A stretch of DNA of 57,382 bases from a virus (taxonomy: Duplodnaviria > Caudoviricetes): positions 1 through 57,382 of the IMG/VR virus record IMGVR_UViG_3300010384_000007; one strand, 5' to 3'. The notes beneath the pieces are model-generated. The model was not told the origin of the DNA and made no database searches. It saw nothing but the letters and a program-made list of their open reading frames with translations. A program made the translations under genes and the position numbers. Positions 46,864-55,178 of this stretch are shown one piece after another (within the stretch, counting starts at the first letter, position 1; the number at the start of each line of letters is the position of its first letter).

Positions 46864-47111
46864 CCAAGCCCGACATGGACCGCGCCGATGTCATGCTGGC
46901 CGCGTGCCGGTACGCGATGCCTCGCGAGACCTACATCGGCTCATCCGTCCGCCGCTACATCCTTGCGCACATGCACCAGTGGCCGCAGTGGGAGCGCGAC
47001 CGGCTGGCGATCATCATTGACCAGCAGGAGCACGAGGGCTCGCTTGGTGATGAGGTGGCCGACCGGCCGGGTTGGCTCGCCCTGCGGGATGCGTTGCGGG
47101 GAGGGGAGTGA
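46860..47111 (+). CDS. Hypothetical protein
   Basis: GGAGG RBS; ACRYAMPRETYI. Confidence 0.6.
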   Translation: MTKPDMDRADVMLAACRYAMPRETYIGSSVRRYILAHMHQWPQWERDRLAIIIDQQEHEGSLGDEVADRPGWLALRDALRGGE

Positions 47112-47512
47112 TGCAATACGCCCACTACTCTGTCATCAAGTACGTCAGCGACTTTGCCCGGAACGAGCCCGTGAACATCGGCATCGTCGCATGGTTCGAC
47201 GGCAACGTTGAGATCCGCTTCAGTGAGCAGGCATTCGCTCGGGTGTTGGCGGCAACTCCGGACTTTGCACCCGATGCCTTCGACGGCTATGCACACTACA
47301 TTCGGCAACGTCTGATCGTCAACTGGCCGAAGAATGACGACGACGCTCACCGCTTTCTGTGTCACTGCGTGCGAGGGGCAGAGGTGGTGACCGATGCGTT
47401 CAAGACCGCCATTAACGAAGATCTCCCCATCCCGATGGCCTTGGCGGAGAACGTCGACAGGCTCATGCAACGACTAGTCGAGGTCACGCCACGAGAGGCC
47501 GCCAATGCCTGA
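47111..47512 (+). CDS. DUF3037-domain protein
   Basis: YSVIKYVSDFARNEPVNIGIV N-terminal signature. Confidence 0.75.
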   Translation: MQYAHYSVIKYVSDFARNEPVNIGIVAWFDGNVEIRFSEQAFARVLAATPDFAPDAFDGYAHYIRQRLIVNWPKNDDDAHRFLCHCVRGAEVVTDAFKTAINEDLPIPMALAENVDRLMQRLVEVTPREAANA

Positions 47513-47954
47513 CCTTTGCGTCCTTATCACCGGCACCCGCTACGCCACCCCGGCCGACTGGCGCGATGCCGTCCACGGCGTCCTTGCCCTCCACCTCGCC
47601 CAGATCGGAGACGGCACGCTCCACCTGGTCCACGGCGGGGCGCGAGGAATCGACACGATTGCCGCGCAATGGGAACAGGAACGTCGGGGACGATGGAATA
47701 TCAGCTATGAGGTCTTCCATGCCGACTGGGACGCCCACGGCCGCGCAGCCGGTCCGATCCGCAACGCGTTGATGCGCGATCGCCTGCTGGACTTGCAGCG
47801 GATGGGCTTTGATGTGGCCGTCTGCGCGTTCACGGACGACATAACGCAGAGTCGCGGCACGGCCTCGATGTGCCGACTGGCCAGCGCGGCGGGGCTGCCG
47901 GTGACGGTGTACGGGCGGGATGGCACGGGGCGGGCGTTTGGGGGTGGGCAGTGA
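47505..47954 (+). CDS. SLOG-family (DUF2493/YspA-like) protein
   Basis: VLITGTR, VHGGARGID, ADWDAHGRAAGPIRN and SRGT motifs. Confidence 0.85.
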   Translation: MPDLCVLITGTRYATPADWRDAVHGVLALHLAQIGDGTLHLVHGGARGIDTIAAQWEQERRGRWNISYEVFHADWDAHGRAAGPIRNALMRDRLLDLQRMGFDVAVCAFTDDITQSRGTASMCRLASAAGLPVTVYGRDGTGRAFGGGQ

Positions 47955-48307
47955 CGGATCATGTGAGCAGCGATGACCTTGCACGGGCGCTTCGCTCGGC
48001 ACTCGACGCATACCAGCAGTTATCCGACATTGCTGGTCAAGACACGTTTCAGTCAATGAGCGATACCTACGAGGAGGCTAGAGCCGCGGAAGCTGTGCTC
48101 GACCGTTACAGAGGGCAGCGCCAGAAAGACCTCGCCAAGTACGCCGCCGAACTCATCGGCAATCGCGACTCGTACATGCTCCGGGCGCGGTGGGCGAAGG
48201 AACGAGGGAAAGATGAGAATGCAAGGCTGTTCGCGGCGAAGGCGCGGGACTACAACGCACTGGCCGTCAGGATGAGGCGCGAGGTAAGGGGCTTGGAGGC
48301 CAGCTAG
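47951..48307 (+). CDS. Hypothetical protein
   Basis: GTGA coupling; apparent paralog of 46504-46863. Confidence 0.6.
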   Translation: MTDHVSSDDLARALRSALDAYQQLSDIAGQDTFQSMSDTYEEARAAEAVLDRYRGQRQKDLAKYAAELIGNRDSYMLRARWAKERGKDENARLFAAKARDYNALAVRMRREVRGLEAS

Positions 48308-48514
48308 CCAACAGCAACGCCCGGCGCGTGATGCGACCGGGCGGAACTGTGCCATTGTGAGAAACCCGAAGACTAGGTGGACTGGTTACCACCCCGCGAC
48401 GACCCGTAGGCCGAACACGCCTTCGCGCATCGGGAAAAGCAGGGCGGCACTCCCGCTTTGGGCTCCCGGTTGTCTGCCAGCGGGCCGGGATGCCGCTGCC
48501 CTCCTCGGGAGGGG

Positions 48515-48567
48515 GAAGCCGTGAGGGAGTCGAACCCTCGGTCATGACCCGTCCAACACACGGCTTC
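48515..48567 (-). ncRNA. Truncated tRNA-like element (acceptor stem plus T-arm, no anticodon arm)
   Basis: GAAGCCGT...ACGGCTTC stem stacked on GAGGG-TTCGACT-CCCTC. Confidence 0.55.
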
Positions 48568-48811
48568 GGAAATGGTCCCCGGCGAGCGCACCAACGCCAC
48601 TCGCGACGCAGTGTTCAGTCGGGGCCAACGACAGAAGGGCGCGCCGTCGCCGCAAAGGAGCGGTCGGGCTTCTGTCGTTCAAGCAGAGCCTACTCGGAGC
48701 ATTGGCCCGTTTCGGTCCCGCGCTCCCATTGTAGCAGGTGGCCGGACACTGCCGACTATCCAAGCTGGCCCTTTGGTTGATTCGATACCGAGAACAGGAA
48801 TTCGTTTCACT

Positions 48812-50308
48812 TCACGTAACATCCTCCAGGAACTCCGCGAAGTGGCGCGGCAGTCGAATCTCCATCCCCTCCTTGGTGCGAACCGCCGTCGCCTCCAATG
48901 CGCGCATGATACGGGCCGTATGCTGTGGAGCAAGGGCGGCGGCGCTGGAAAACGTCGCGCGCAGGCCGTCCAGCGTGGCGGCGATGGCTTCGATGTCCCT
49001 GCGGTCGGGCTCGGCAGGCAGGAGGGTGATCTCGCTTTCGATTCCGGCCACCTTGCCTCCGAGCATCGCATCCTCTCGCTCCCACCGTTCGACGTCCAGC
49101 GTGCCGCGTCGGTAGAGGAGGAGGAGGCGATCGCGCTCCTCGTTGGCCGCAGCAAGGCGCTTCTCCAGGCGCTTGCGCTGGAGGAGGATGTCCGGACCAC
49201 TCGCGGCATAGATCCGCTGCTGGCGAGCGAAGACGGCATCCACGGTCGTCATGGTGTCCAGCATGGCCCCGAGCCGGGCGATCACCTCTCGCTCTGCCTT
49301 CGCCTGCACGATCGACCGGGGCCGGAAGGTACAGGCCGGGTAGTTGCGGGGGCGCTGGAACTGCTCGCGGGCCGGGTCTGCCGAGCACTTGAACTGCCCG
49401 TAGGCCGACCGGACGCCGGTGGACGTGCGCGGATCAGGTCGCACCCGGTGCGTGATGAGGTGCATCGGCGCCCCACATCCGCAGCGAATCAGGCCCTCCA
49501 GCCACGAATACGACGACTTGGTCCGGATCGTCCTGCGGCTCTCCAGGTACGCGCAGAGGCGCTCCCACCGCTCCCGGTCGATGATCGGCTCATGCGCGCC
49601 CCACGTCTCCACGTCGGCAGTCCGGACACACCCCGCGATGGCGGGCGTCTTGACCGTGTTCCGGACGACGTTCGGCTCCCACGTCCGGCCGTCGACGCCC
49701 TCCTCATTGAGCCAGCGAGCCACCCGCCAGAGCGACCACCCATCCTCCAGCCGCTCGACGATGGCCAGCACCCACGGCCGGGCATCCTCATTGACCACCA
49801 GCCGCCCCACGCGGTCTTTGGCGAAGCCGTACGGCGTCTTGCCGTGGGGCTTCCCCCGTCGCGCCCGCTCGCGGAAGCTGGACGACAGAAACGCGCCCAT
49901 CCGCCTCCGCTCCGCCTGCGAGACCACCCCGAGGATGCCACGCACCAGGTCGTCCTCTGCGTGCGGCTCGGTTGCGCTCTCGAAGCGCACATCCGGCGCG
50001 GCCTTCTTGAGTCGCCGCCAGATGCCCTCTTGCAGCCAGTTGTCCCGGGCGAAGCGGGAGACGGCGTAGACGGCGATCACGTCCGGGCGCTCGGAGGCTA
50101 CCCGGCGCTCCAGCTCGGCAAGGCCGGGACGGTTGGGGTCCCACCCCTTCTCGTCGGCATCCACGATGACCGGCTCCACGACGACGCCCTCCCGCTGGGC
50201 CACCATGAGCCGGAGGGCGCGCTCCTGAAACGCGAGGCTCAGACTCTCGGACTCATCGCCCTTGGTGAGCGACTGGCGGCAGTAGAGGAGGTAGCGGTCT
50301 CCGGGCAT
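48812..50308 (-). CDS. Large serine integrase/recombinase
   Basis: YCRQS catalytic motif, RPGL, VSRFAR, TPYGF recombinase domain, HEPII, CGCG zinc ribbon and coiled coil. Confidence 0.95.
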   Translation of the reverse strand: MPGDRYLLYCRQSLTKGDESESLSLAFQERALRLMVAQREGVVVEPVIVDADEKGWDPNRPGLAELERRVASERPDVIAVYAVSRFARDNWLQEGIWRRLKKAAPDVRFESATEPHAEDDLVRGILGVVSQAERRRMGAFLSSSFRERARRGKPHGKTPYGFAKDRVGRLVVNEDARPWVLAIVERLEDGWSLWRVARWLNEEGVDGRTWEPNVVRNTVKTPAIAGCVRTADVETWGAHEPIIDRERWERLCAYLESRRTIRTKSSYSWLEGLIRCGCGAPMHLITHRVRPDPRTSTGVRSAYGQFKCSADPAREQFQRPRNYPACTFRPRSIVQAKAEREVIARLGAMLDTMTTVDAVFARQQRIYAASGPDILLQRKRLEKRLAAANEERDRLLLLYRRGTLDVERWEREDAMLGGKVAGIESEITLLPAEPDRRDIEAIAATLDGLRATFSSAAALAPQHTARIMRALEATAVRTKEGMEIRLPRHFAEFLEDVT

Positions 50309-50336
50309 GTGACACCTCGTCATGTCTTGTTCAGGA

Positions 50337-50350
50337 AGAACATATGTTCT
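50337..50350. promoter_or_regulatory. LexA (SOS) box AGAAC-ATAT-GTTCT
   Basis: Perfect palindrome matching GAAC-N4-GTTC; between the divergent integrase and 50407 genes. Confidence 0.72.
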
Positions 50351-50406
50351 ATTCTGGCCTACATGGTACTCATTCGCAATCGTCGCCAAACCACACAGGA
50401 GCCAGC

Positions 50407-50790
50407 ATGCCGCGCGAGCATCTGATCGGTCACGTGCATTTTCATGACACCGTCAACCACATCCTGCTGCACACCGGCATGGAGATGTATGCGGACGACC
50501 GGAAGGCGATCGTCTGGTTTCGGAACCCGGAGCGACCAGAGCTTGACCAGCGCATCGTCTTCCCTCGCACGTTGCAGGTCTGGACAATCCACACCCTGAT
50601 TTGTACGTGGCGAGAGGTCTACGGGGTGCAGGACCTCGGCAAGGAGCGAATCCCGGACCTCGAAAGAGTGTTCTGCACCAACTGCGGCGGAACGGGATGG
50701 ATCGAAGACGGGGACGGCAACCAGTTCGACTGCGCCGTCTGCGAGACGAAGGGGTATGTCGAGCTGCCGTTGCGGAGCAAGGGAGTATGA
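50407..50790 (+). CDS. Zinc-finger protein (CxxCxGxG)
   Basis: AGGAG RBS; CTNCGGTG...CAVCETKG. Confidence 0.65.
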   Translation: MPREHLIGHVHFHDTVNHILLHTGMEMYADDRKAIVWFRNPERPELDQRIVFPRTLQVWTIHTLICTWREVYGVQDLGKERIPDLERVFCTNCGGTGWIEDGDGNQFDCAVCETKGYVELPLRSKGV

Positions 50791-50794
50791 CCAT

Positions 50795-51160
50795 CTACGG
50801 CTCATGTTTTGCGATGTGCTTGACGCCCGCATGGACCATCACCTTGGGGTCAGGACGCCGAACGCCGGCACCGCCAAGTGTGCCATCCGGACGAAGATAG
50901 AAGTGCACCAGGCAGACCTTCCGTCCGGTATGATCGATGTAGTTCAGCATGATCGACCGCGTTCCTGCTGGCTCGTCCGGGCTGCTGGGCTTTCGCTCGT
51001 CATGAAGGCAAGCCAGGAACTCCCCATTCAGGAAGCGTTCGTAGTACTGTTCATCATTGAAGAGTTGCCGTACGAGACGCTCCGACTCCTCAACAGAACG
51101 GAAAAAGTCTATGAACGTCAGCGACTTGGCATCGCAATACAACCTGACTGGTCTTGGCAT
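50795..51160 (-). CDS. Hypothetical protein (lower-GC immunity-region gene)
   Basis: In series with the repressor operon. Confidence 0.55.
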   Translation of the reverse strand: MPRPVRLYCDAKSLTFIDFFRSVEESERLVRQLFNDEQYYERFLNGEFLACLHDERKPSSPDEPAGTRSIMLNYIDHTGRKVCLVHFYLRPDGTLGGAGVRRPDPKVMVHAGVKHIAKHEP

Positions 51161-51382
51161 TCAGTCCCTCTCCGACTTCGCGGTCTGGATCTTCGCGAAC
51201 GAAGACGCCTTCCTGGTGTCGGACGACGACGGACTTGTCGACGCATTCCTTGACGTCGAAATGCTCGCTGCTGAGTGGAGCGGCGGCCACATCTCCGACA
51301 ACTTGTTTCGGTCGCGCATCGAAGATGTCCTGTTCGGGGCAAGGAACACTGGCACTCTACCCAACAAGCGTCGCGGGGTCAC
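51161..51382 (-). CDS. Hypothetical protein
   Basis: GTGA coupling to the upstream gene; abuts the next gene. Confidence 0.35.
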   Translation of the reverse strand: MTPRRLLGRVPVFLAPNRTSSMRDRNKLSEMWPPLHSAASISTSRNASTSPSSSDTRKASSFAKIQTAKSERD

Positions 51383-51888
51383 GCTGCGCCTTCGTCAGGG
51401 CGCTCTGGCGGAGAGACAGGGGAAGCCCTCATCTCGAAGTCGACACCAACCAATTCGACTCCCTGGAACACGAGGGAGAATCGATAGTTTCCGAGGCGCG
51501 GTAGGTCCATCCTCGGGGTCACGGTCAACTTCAGCTGCTCGACACCTTCAGGGATTGTCAGCTGGGCGGAGAACATTCTGAGCCCACCCTGCTCAGATGT
51601 CACCTCATACGCCAAGACCCAGAATGTCTCACCGACAAGTTCCTTGAGCCCACTCAGGCCTATCGCCAGGGTGGGCTCAATCGTGTATGGGGGCTCGGCG
51701 CCATTCGCGGCCCAATAATCGATCACTCGAATAAGCGACTGAACACCATCTTCCTCCGTCAGCACCTTCTCACAGAGCAAGAAATGCGAGACGGACGGTC
51801 CCTGTATCCCGACAAATTCTGGCCATTCGATCTGCTCCTCACTCAACTTCTGCCTCCTTCCCCTTCCGTTCCACTTCATCGGGATCAC
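51379..51888 (-). CDS. Hypothetical protein (DUF6941-like beta-sandwich)
   Basis: FLLCEKVLTEEDGVQSLIRVID and GNYRFSL. Confidence 0.6.
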   Translation of the reverse strand: MIPMKWNGRGRRQKLSEEQIEWPEFVGIQGPSVSHFLLCEKVLTEEDGVQSLIRVIDYWAANGAEPPYTIEPTLAIGLSGLKELVGETFWVLAYEVTSEQGGLRMFSAQLTIPEGVEQLKLTVTPRMDLPRLGNYRFSLVFQGVELVGVDFEMRASPVSPPERPDEGAA

Positions 51889-52279
51889 TAAGCGTCGGCC
51901 GCATATGCCGCTGATAGTTGCGTACCAGCCGGAGCGACGGCTTTACCCCGGCGCTGGCCTCGGGGTCTGACCAGTCGATCTCCGCGATCAGCTCGCGGAT
52001 GTCGGGCGGGAGGGCGGAGTCCGGTGTCAACGTCGCACCTGCGCCTAAAGCCTCTTCCTCAGTCAACTCTCCAGCCGCAATCAGCAATTCGATGTGTGAA
52101 ACACCGAGCTCCCGCGCCAACCTGCGTCGCGCGTCCAGCTGGGGCAGGGACACTTTCCCACTCAACCAAGTGCTGATCGTTTGAGTCGAGAATCCCGTAG
52201 CCCGCGAAAATGCGGCTTGGTTTCCTCCATATGCCGTGTTGATCCGATCCCGCACGAGCGCGGCAAGCGTCTTCTCCAT
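51839..52279 (-). CDS. CI-like XRE repressor (no peptidase domain seen)
   Basis: NQAAFSRATGFSTQTISTWLSG...LARELGVS; divergent from the early operon. Confidence 0.82.
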   Translation of the reverse strand: MEKTLAALVRDRINTAYGGNQAAFSRATGFSTQTISTWLSGKVSLPQLDARRRLARELGVSHIELLIAAGELTEEEALGAGATLTPDSALPPDIRELIAEIDWSDPEASAGVKPSLRLVRNYQRHMRPTLSDPDEVERKGKEAEVE

Positions 52280-52308
52280 AGCTCCAAAGATAGTGTGTCC
52301 AATGACTA

Positions 52309-52338
52309 TTGACGCCACATCGCATTCCGTTGTATGAT
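52309..52338 (+). promoter_or_regulatory. Early lytic promoter
   Basis: TTGACG-N18-TATGAT in the repressor/cro-position gap. Confidence 0.6.
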
Positions 52339-52377
52339 TGATCTAACATCAAGCGGACATGGATACAGGAGCAACGT

Positions 52378-52572
52378 GTGAGCGAAACCAAGGAAGTCAA
52401 GTCCCTCGAGGACCTAACGACCACTGCGGCGTTCGTCGTTTCGGTCCGGCACGTTGCATGGATTCGTGACGAGGCGAAGCGTCGAGGCATGAACAAGTCG
52501 GAGCTGGTCCGCGCACTCCTCGATCAGGCGATTGGCAAATCACCCCGTCTCGTCGAGCAGGAGGCCGCATGA
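52378..52572 (+). CDS. Ribbon-helix-helix (CopG-like) protein in the cro position
   Basis: WIRDEAKRRGMNKSELVRALLD; AGGAG RBS. Confidence 0.72.
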   Translation: MSETKEVKSLEDLTTTAAFVVSVRHVAWIRDEAKRRGMNKSELVRALLDQAIGKSPRLVEQEAA

Positions 52573-52758
52573 CCACCAAACCCGCCCCGTCGCCTCAGTT
52601 CCTGGCCGCAGCGGAGGCGCTGGGCCTCACCCCCGAGCAGTACGCAGAGCAGTTCCTCCTTGCCCTCGAACAGGAGGTCCGGGAGATCGGAACGCGGAAC
52701 AAGCAGACCCTCGCCGATCGTGACGCCGTCCGGCCGCAAGCCGCGTAAGGAGCCCGCG

Positions 52759-53103
52759 ATGAAGCCCACCCCCTCCGACCCGTTCGCCCACGTCCCGGCC
52801 GGTTCGCAGGTCAGCATCTTCGTCTGGCACGGACGGCGGGAACGCTGCGAGGGCCGCCTCTCCCAGTCGTTCGGCACCGACCACAAGGCCGCGAAGGCGT
52901 ACTTCGCCAAGCACGCGGGCGGCGAGAACGTCGCCAAGGTGCAGGTGGTCGCCAAGTGGTACGCGGACGGCGCGGTGCCGGAGCGGCGGATGGACTGCTA
53001 CGCCAACGGCCGGATGACGGTTCGGCAGAGCGACCTGGCATGGAAGCCCCGAAACCGCTTCCCCGACACGGACGCCTTCGCTGATCTGTTGGACGCGGCA
53101 TGA
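52759..53103 (+). CDS. Hypothetical protein
   Basis: AAGGAG RBS. Confidence 0.6.
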   Translation: MKPTPSDPFAHVPAGSQVSIFVWHGRRERCEGRLSQSFGTDHKAAKAYFAKHAGGENVAKVQVVAKWYADGAVPERRMDCYANGRMTVRQSDLAWKPRNRFPDTDAFADLLDAA

Positions 53104-53783
53104 TCCTCGTTCCTCTTTCCCTCTTCCGGCCCTCCGGGGCCTCCGACCGGCGTCTGCGCGCGGCTGCCGCACCTCCCTCTGCGGCCTCCCTCAGCCACCC
53201 CACCACCAGACGCCGGTCCGAGGCTCAGGTCTCGGCTGTCCACTCGCCCGTCGGTAAGGAGGTCCACGTCATCACCTTGGCTGCCCCGGTGGGGCCTGAT
53301 CGTCTGGATGGGCACATCGAGCCGTCCTACGACCAGCCTTTGCACCCTGCCGGTCGGCAGCTCCGACCTGGGTCCATTGTCCCCCCGCCCGTCGTCGTGC
53401 GCATACCCGCACACCAGGAGCATCCCGCAGTGCCCGCAGAAAGTGGACTGGTCCGCCTCCAGGAGGAGATCGAGGACCAGCAGGATCGGATCATCGCCCT
53501 TGACGCCTATGTGGTCGCGGCCGCATCGGATGGGGTCTTCACCGCCGAGGAGTTTGCCGAGTACCGGGCACGTCGCAACGGCGTGCTGGTCAAGCAACAG
53601 GAGGTATGCCGCGACGTGGGATTCATGGCCGACGCGCTCGGCCTCGTCAAGACGCTGCTCCATATCGGAGCAATCACGCCCTGGGCGGCACGGCAGGCCC
53701 GCGAGCGGTCCGAGGATCGGCTTCGCCTGCTGGAGACGCCGCCGAACATCATCCCGTTTCCCGTCAGCGACCGAACCGCCTGA
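53100..53783 (+). CDS. Hypothetical protein (start uncertain)
   Basis: C-terminal half looks like genuine coding sequence. Confidence 0.45.
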   Translation: MILVPLSLFRPSGASDRRLRAAAAPPSAASLSHPTTRRRSEAQVSAVHSPVGKEVHVITLAAPVGPDRLDGHIEPSYDQPLHPAGRQLRPGSIVPPPVVVRIPAHQEHPAVPAESGLVRLQEEIEDQQDRIIALDAYVVAAASDGVFTAEEFAEYRARRNGVLVKQQEVCRDVGFMADALGLVKTLLHIGAITPWAARQARERSEDRLRLLETPPNIIPFPVSDRTA

Positions 53784-53838
53784 AACGCAGAAATCTCGAC
53801 GTCTGCCAACGTCGAGATTCCCAAGGAGCTGTGAAGAA

Positions 53839-54129
53839 ATGTCCTCCTCATTGTACCAGATGACCTCGAAGCATCGACCGTCCCCGAAGTCAGCGCGTCC
53901 GACGCATGCGCAGCGGCGTGCCGAACGGGAGCGTGAGCTTTCGGCCCAGGCGGACCGGCTCTACAGCGACCTGTTCACGGCGCTCGCCAACGGCAACCGG
54001 GGATTCGCGCATCGCGTGCTCGACAAGATGGTTGATCTGCGCGGCGAGTACTTGGACGTGATCGCCACGGCTCAGACCGAGGCGGGAGAAGAGGCGCAGG
54101 CGTTCGACTGGAACAACACCGCAGCGTAA
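53839..54129 (+). CDS. Hypothetical protein
   Basis: AAGGAG upstream. Confidence 0.55.
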   Translation: MSSSLYQMTSKHRPSPKSARPTHAQRRAERERELSAQADRLYSDLFTALANGNRGFAHRVLDKMVDLRGEYLDVIATAQTEAGEEAQAFDWNNTAA

Positions 54130-54179
54130 CGGATGAGGGCGGGTACCTCCGGGTGCTCGCCCTCGTCATGGAGACGACG

Positions 54180-55178
54180 ATGGCCGCACGACCGAACGAT
54201 ATCCAACTAGTGGATCAGTCCGCGGTGACGGATTACGCGGATGAGGGCATGTTCTCCGACCGGCGTCTGGAGTTGATCCGGCGTCAGGTTGCGAACGGGG
54301 CACCGGAAGACCTCTTCCGGGCCATGATCGAGATCGCCCGCGTGCGCGGCCTCGATCCCCTTGCCAAACAGATCAGCCTCATCAAATTCGGCAATCAGTG
54401 GCAGATCACGACCACGATCGACGGGTACCGTGCGATCGCTGAGAGCACGGGCGCATACGCCGGCAGTGATGAGCCGGTCTTCGGCCCGGCGACGATCACG
54501 CTCCGGACCGGGCGGGCCGTCCCGGAATGGGCCGCTGTCACGGTCTGGAAGATGGTGCACGGCCAGCGCGTCCCCTTCACCGCCAAGGTCTTCTGGGAGG
54601 AGTACACGGGCGACAACCATACCTGGAACAAGATGCCGCGCACGATGCTGGCGAAGGTCGCCGAGAGTCATGCGCTTCGGAAGGCGTTTCCGAAGGTGCT
54701 GTCCGGGATGTACACGGGCGACGAGATGGACCAGGCATCGGTCGAGGCGACGGCGCGGGTCGTGGATCGGGAGACGGGAGAGATTCGGCCGAGAGCCGCC
54801 ATCGCTCCGGCCGCCGATTGGGACGGCGCCAGCAAGCTCTTGCACGCCACCGCGGCGGAGTACGGCATCTCCCACGACGACCTGCATAACTGGGCGGAGG
54901 ATCGCCGGTTCGGCAGCGTGAAGAATGCGACCGAGGAGGCCATGCGTAACCTCGCCAAGGACATCCGGCAGCGTCCTGCGGATGCGCAGCGGTACTTCGC
55001 CGGACTCCGGAAGCCCGCTGCCTCCGACCTTGTCGAGGTCGAGCATCGGCCCGTCAACACCGCCCCGGCAACGATGGATGAGGTCGAGGCGGCGCTCGAC
55101 GCGAGCACCCCGGCCAGCGCCGAACTGCCCGGCCTCTCGGGCACACCAACCTCCGGCAGTGAAAGGTTCCTGAACTGA
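54180..55178 (+). CDS. bet: Bet/RecT-family single-strand annealing protein
   Basis: GLDPLAKQI, TIDGYRAIA and WNKMPRTMLAKVAESHALRKAFP motifs. Confidence 0.92.
   Translation: MAARPNDIQLVDQSAVTDYADEGMFSDRRLELIRRQVANGAPEDLFRAMIEIARVRGLDPLAKQISLIKFGNQWQITTTIDGYRAIAESTGAYAGSDEPVFGPATITLRTGRAVPEWAAVTVWKMVHGQRVPFTAKVFWEEYTGDNHTWNKMPRTMLAKVAESHALRKAFPKVLSGMYTGDEMDQASVEATARVVDRETGEIRPRAAIAPAADWDGASKLLHATAAEYGISHDDLHNWAEDRRFGSVKNATEEAMRNLAKDIRQRPADAQRYFAGLRKPAASDLVEVEHRPVNTAPATMDEVEAALDASTPASAELPGLSGTPTSGSERFLN

Noticed and set aside
48515-48567. Functional tRNA or tmRNA gene
   Set aside because: Too short, with no anticodon arm, no tag ORF and no CCA.
48740-48811. attP site or a second LexA box (AGAACAGGAATTCG at 48791)
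   Set aside because: The position is plausible, but no clear attP inverted repeat was seen and the box has a core mismatch.
48572-50425. Long antisense ORFs (617 aa here; also 9867-11453, 17288-18841, 26866-28500, 28713-30335)
   Set aside because: These are shadows of real genes in high-GC DNA, with no RBS or motifs.
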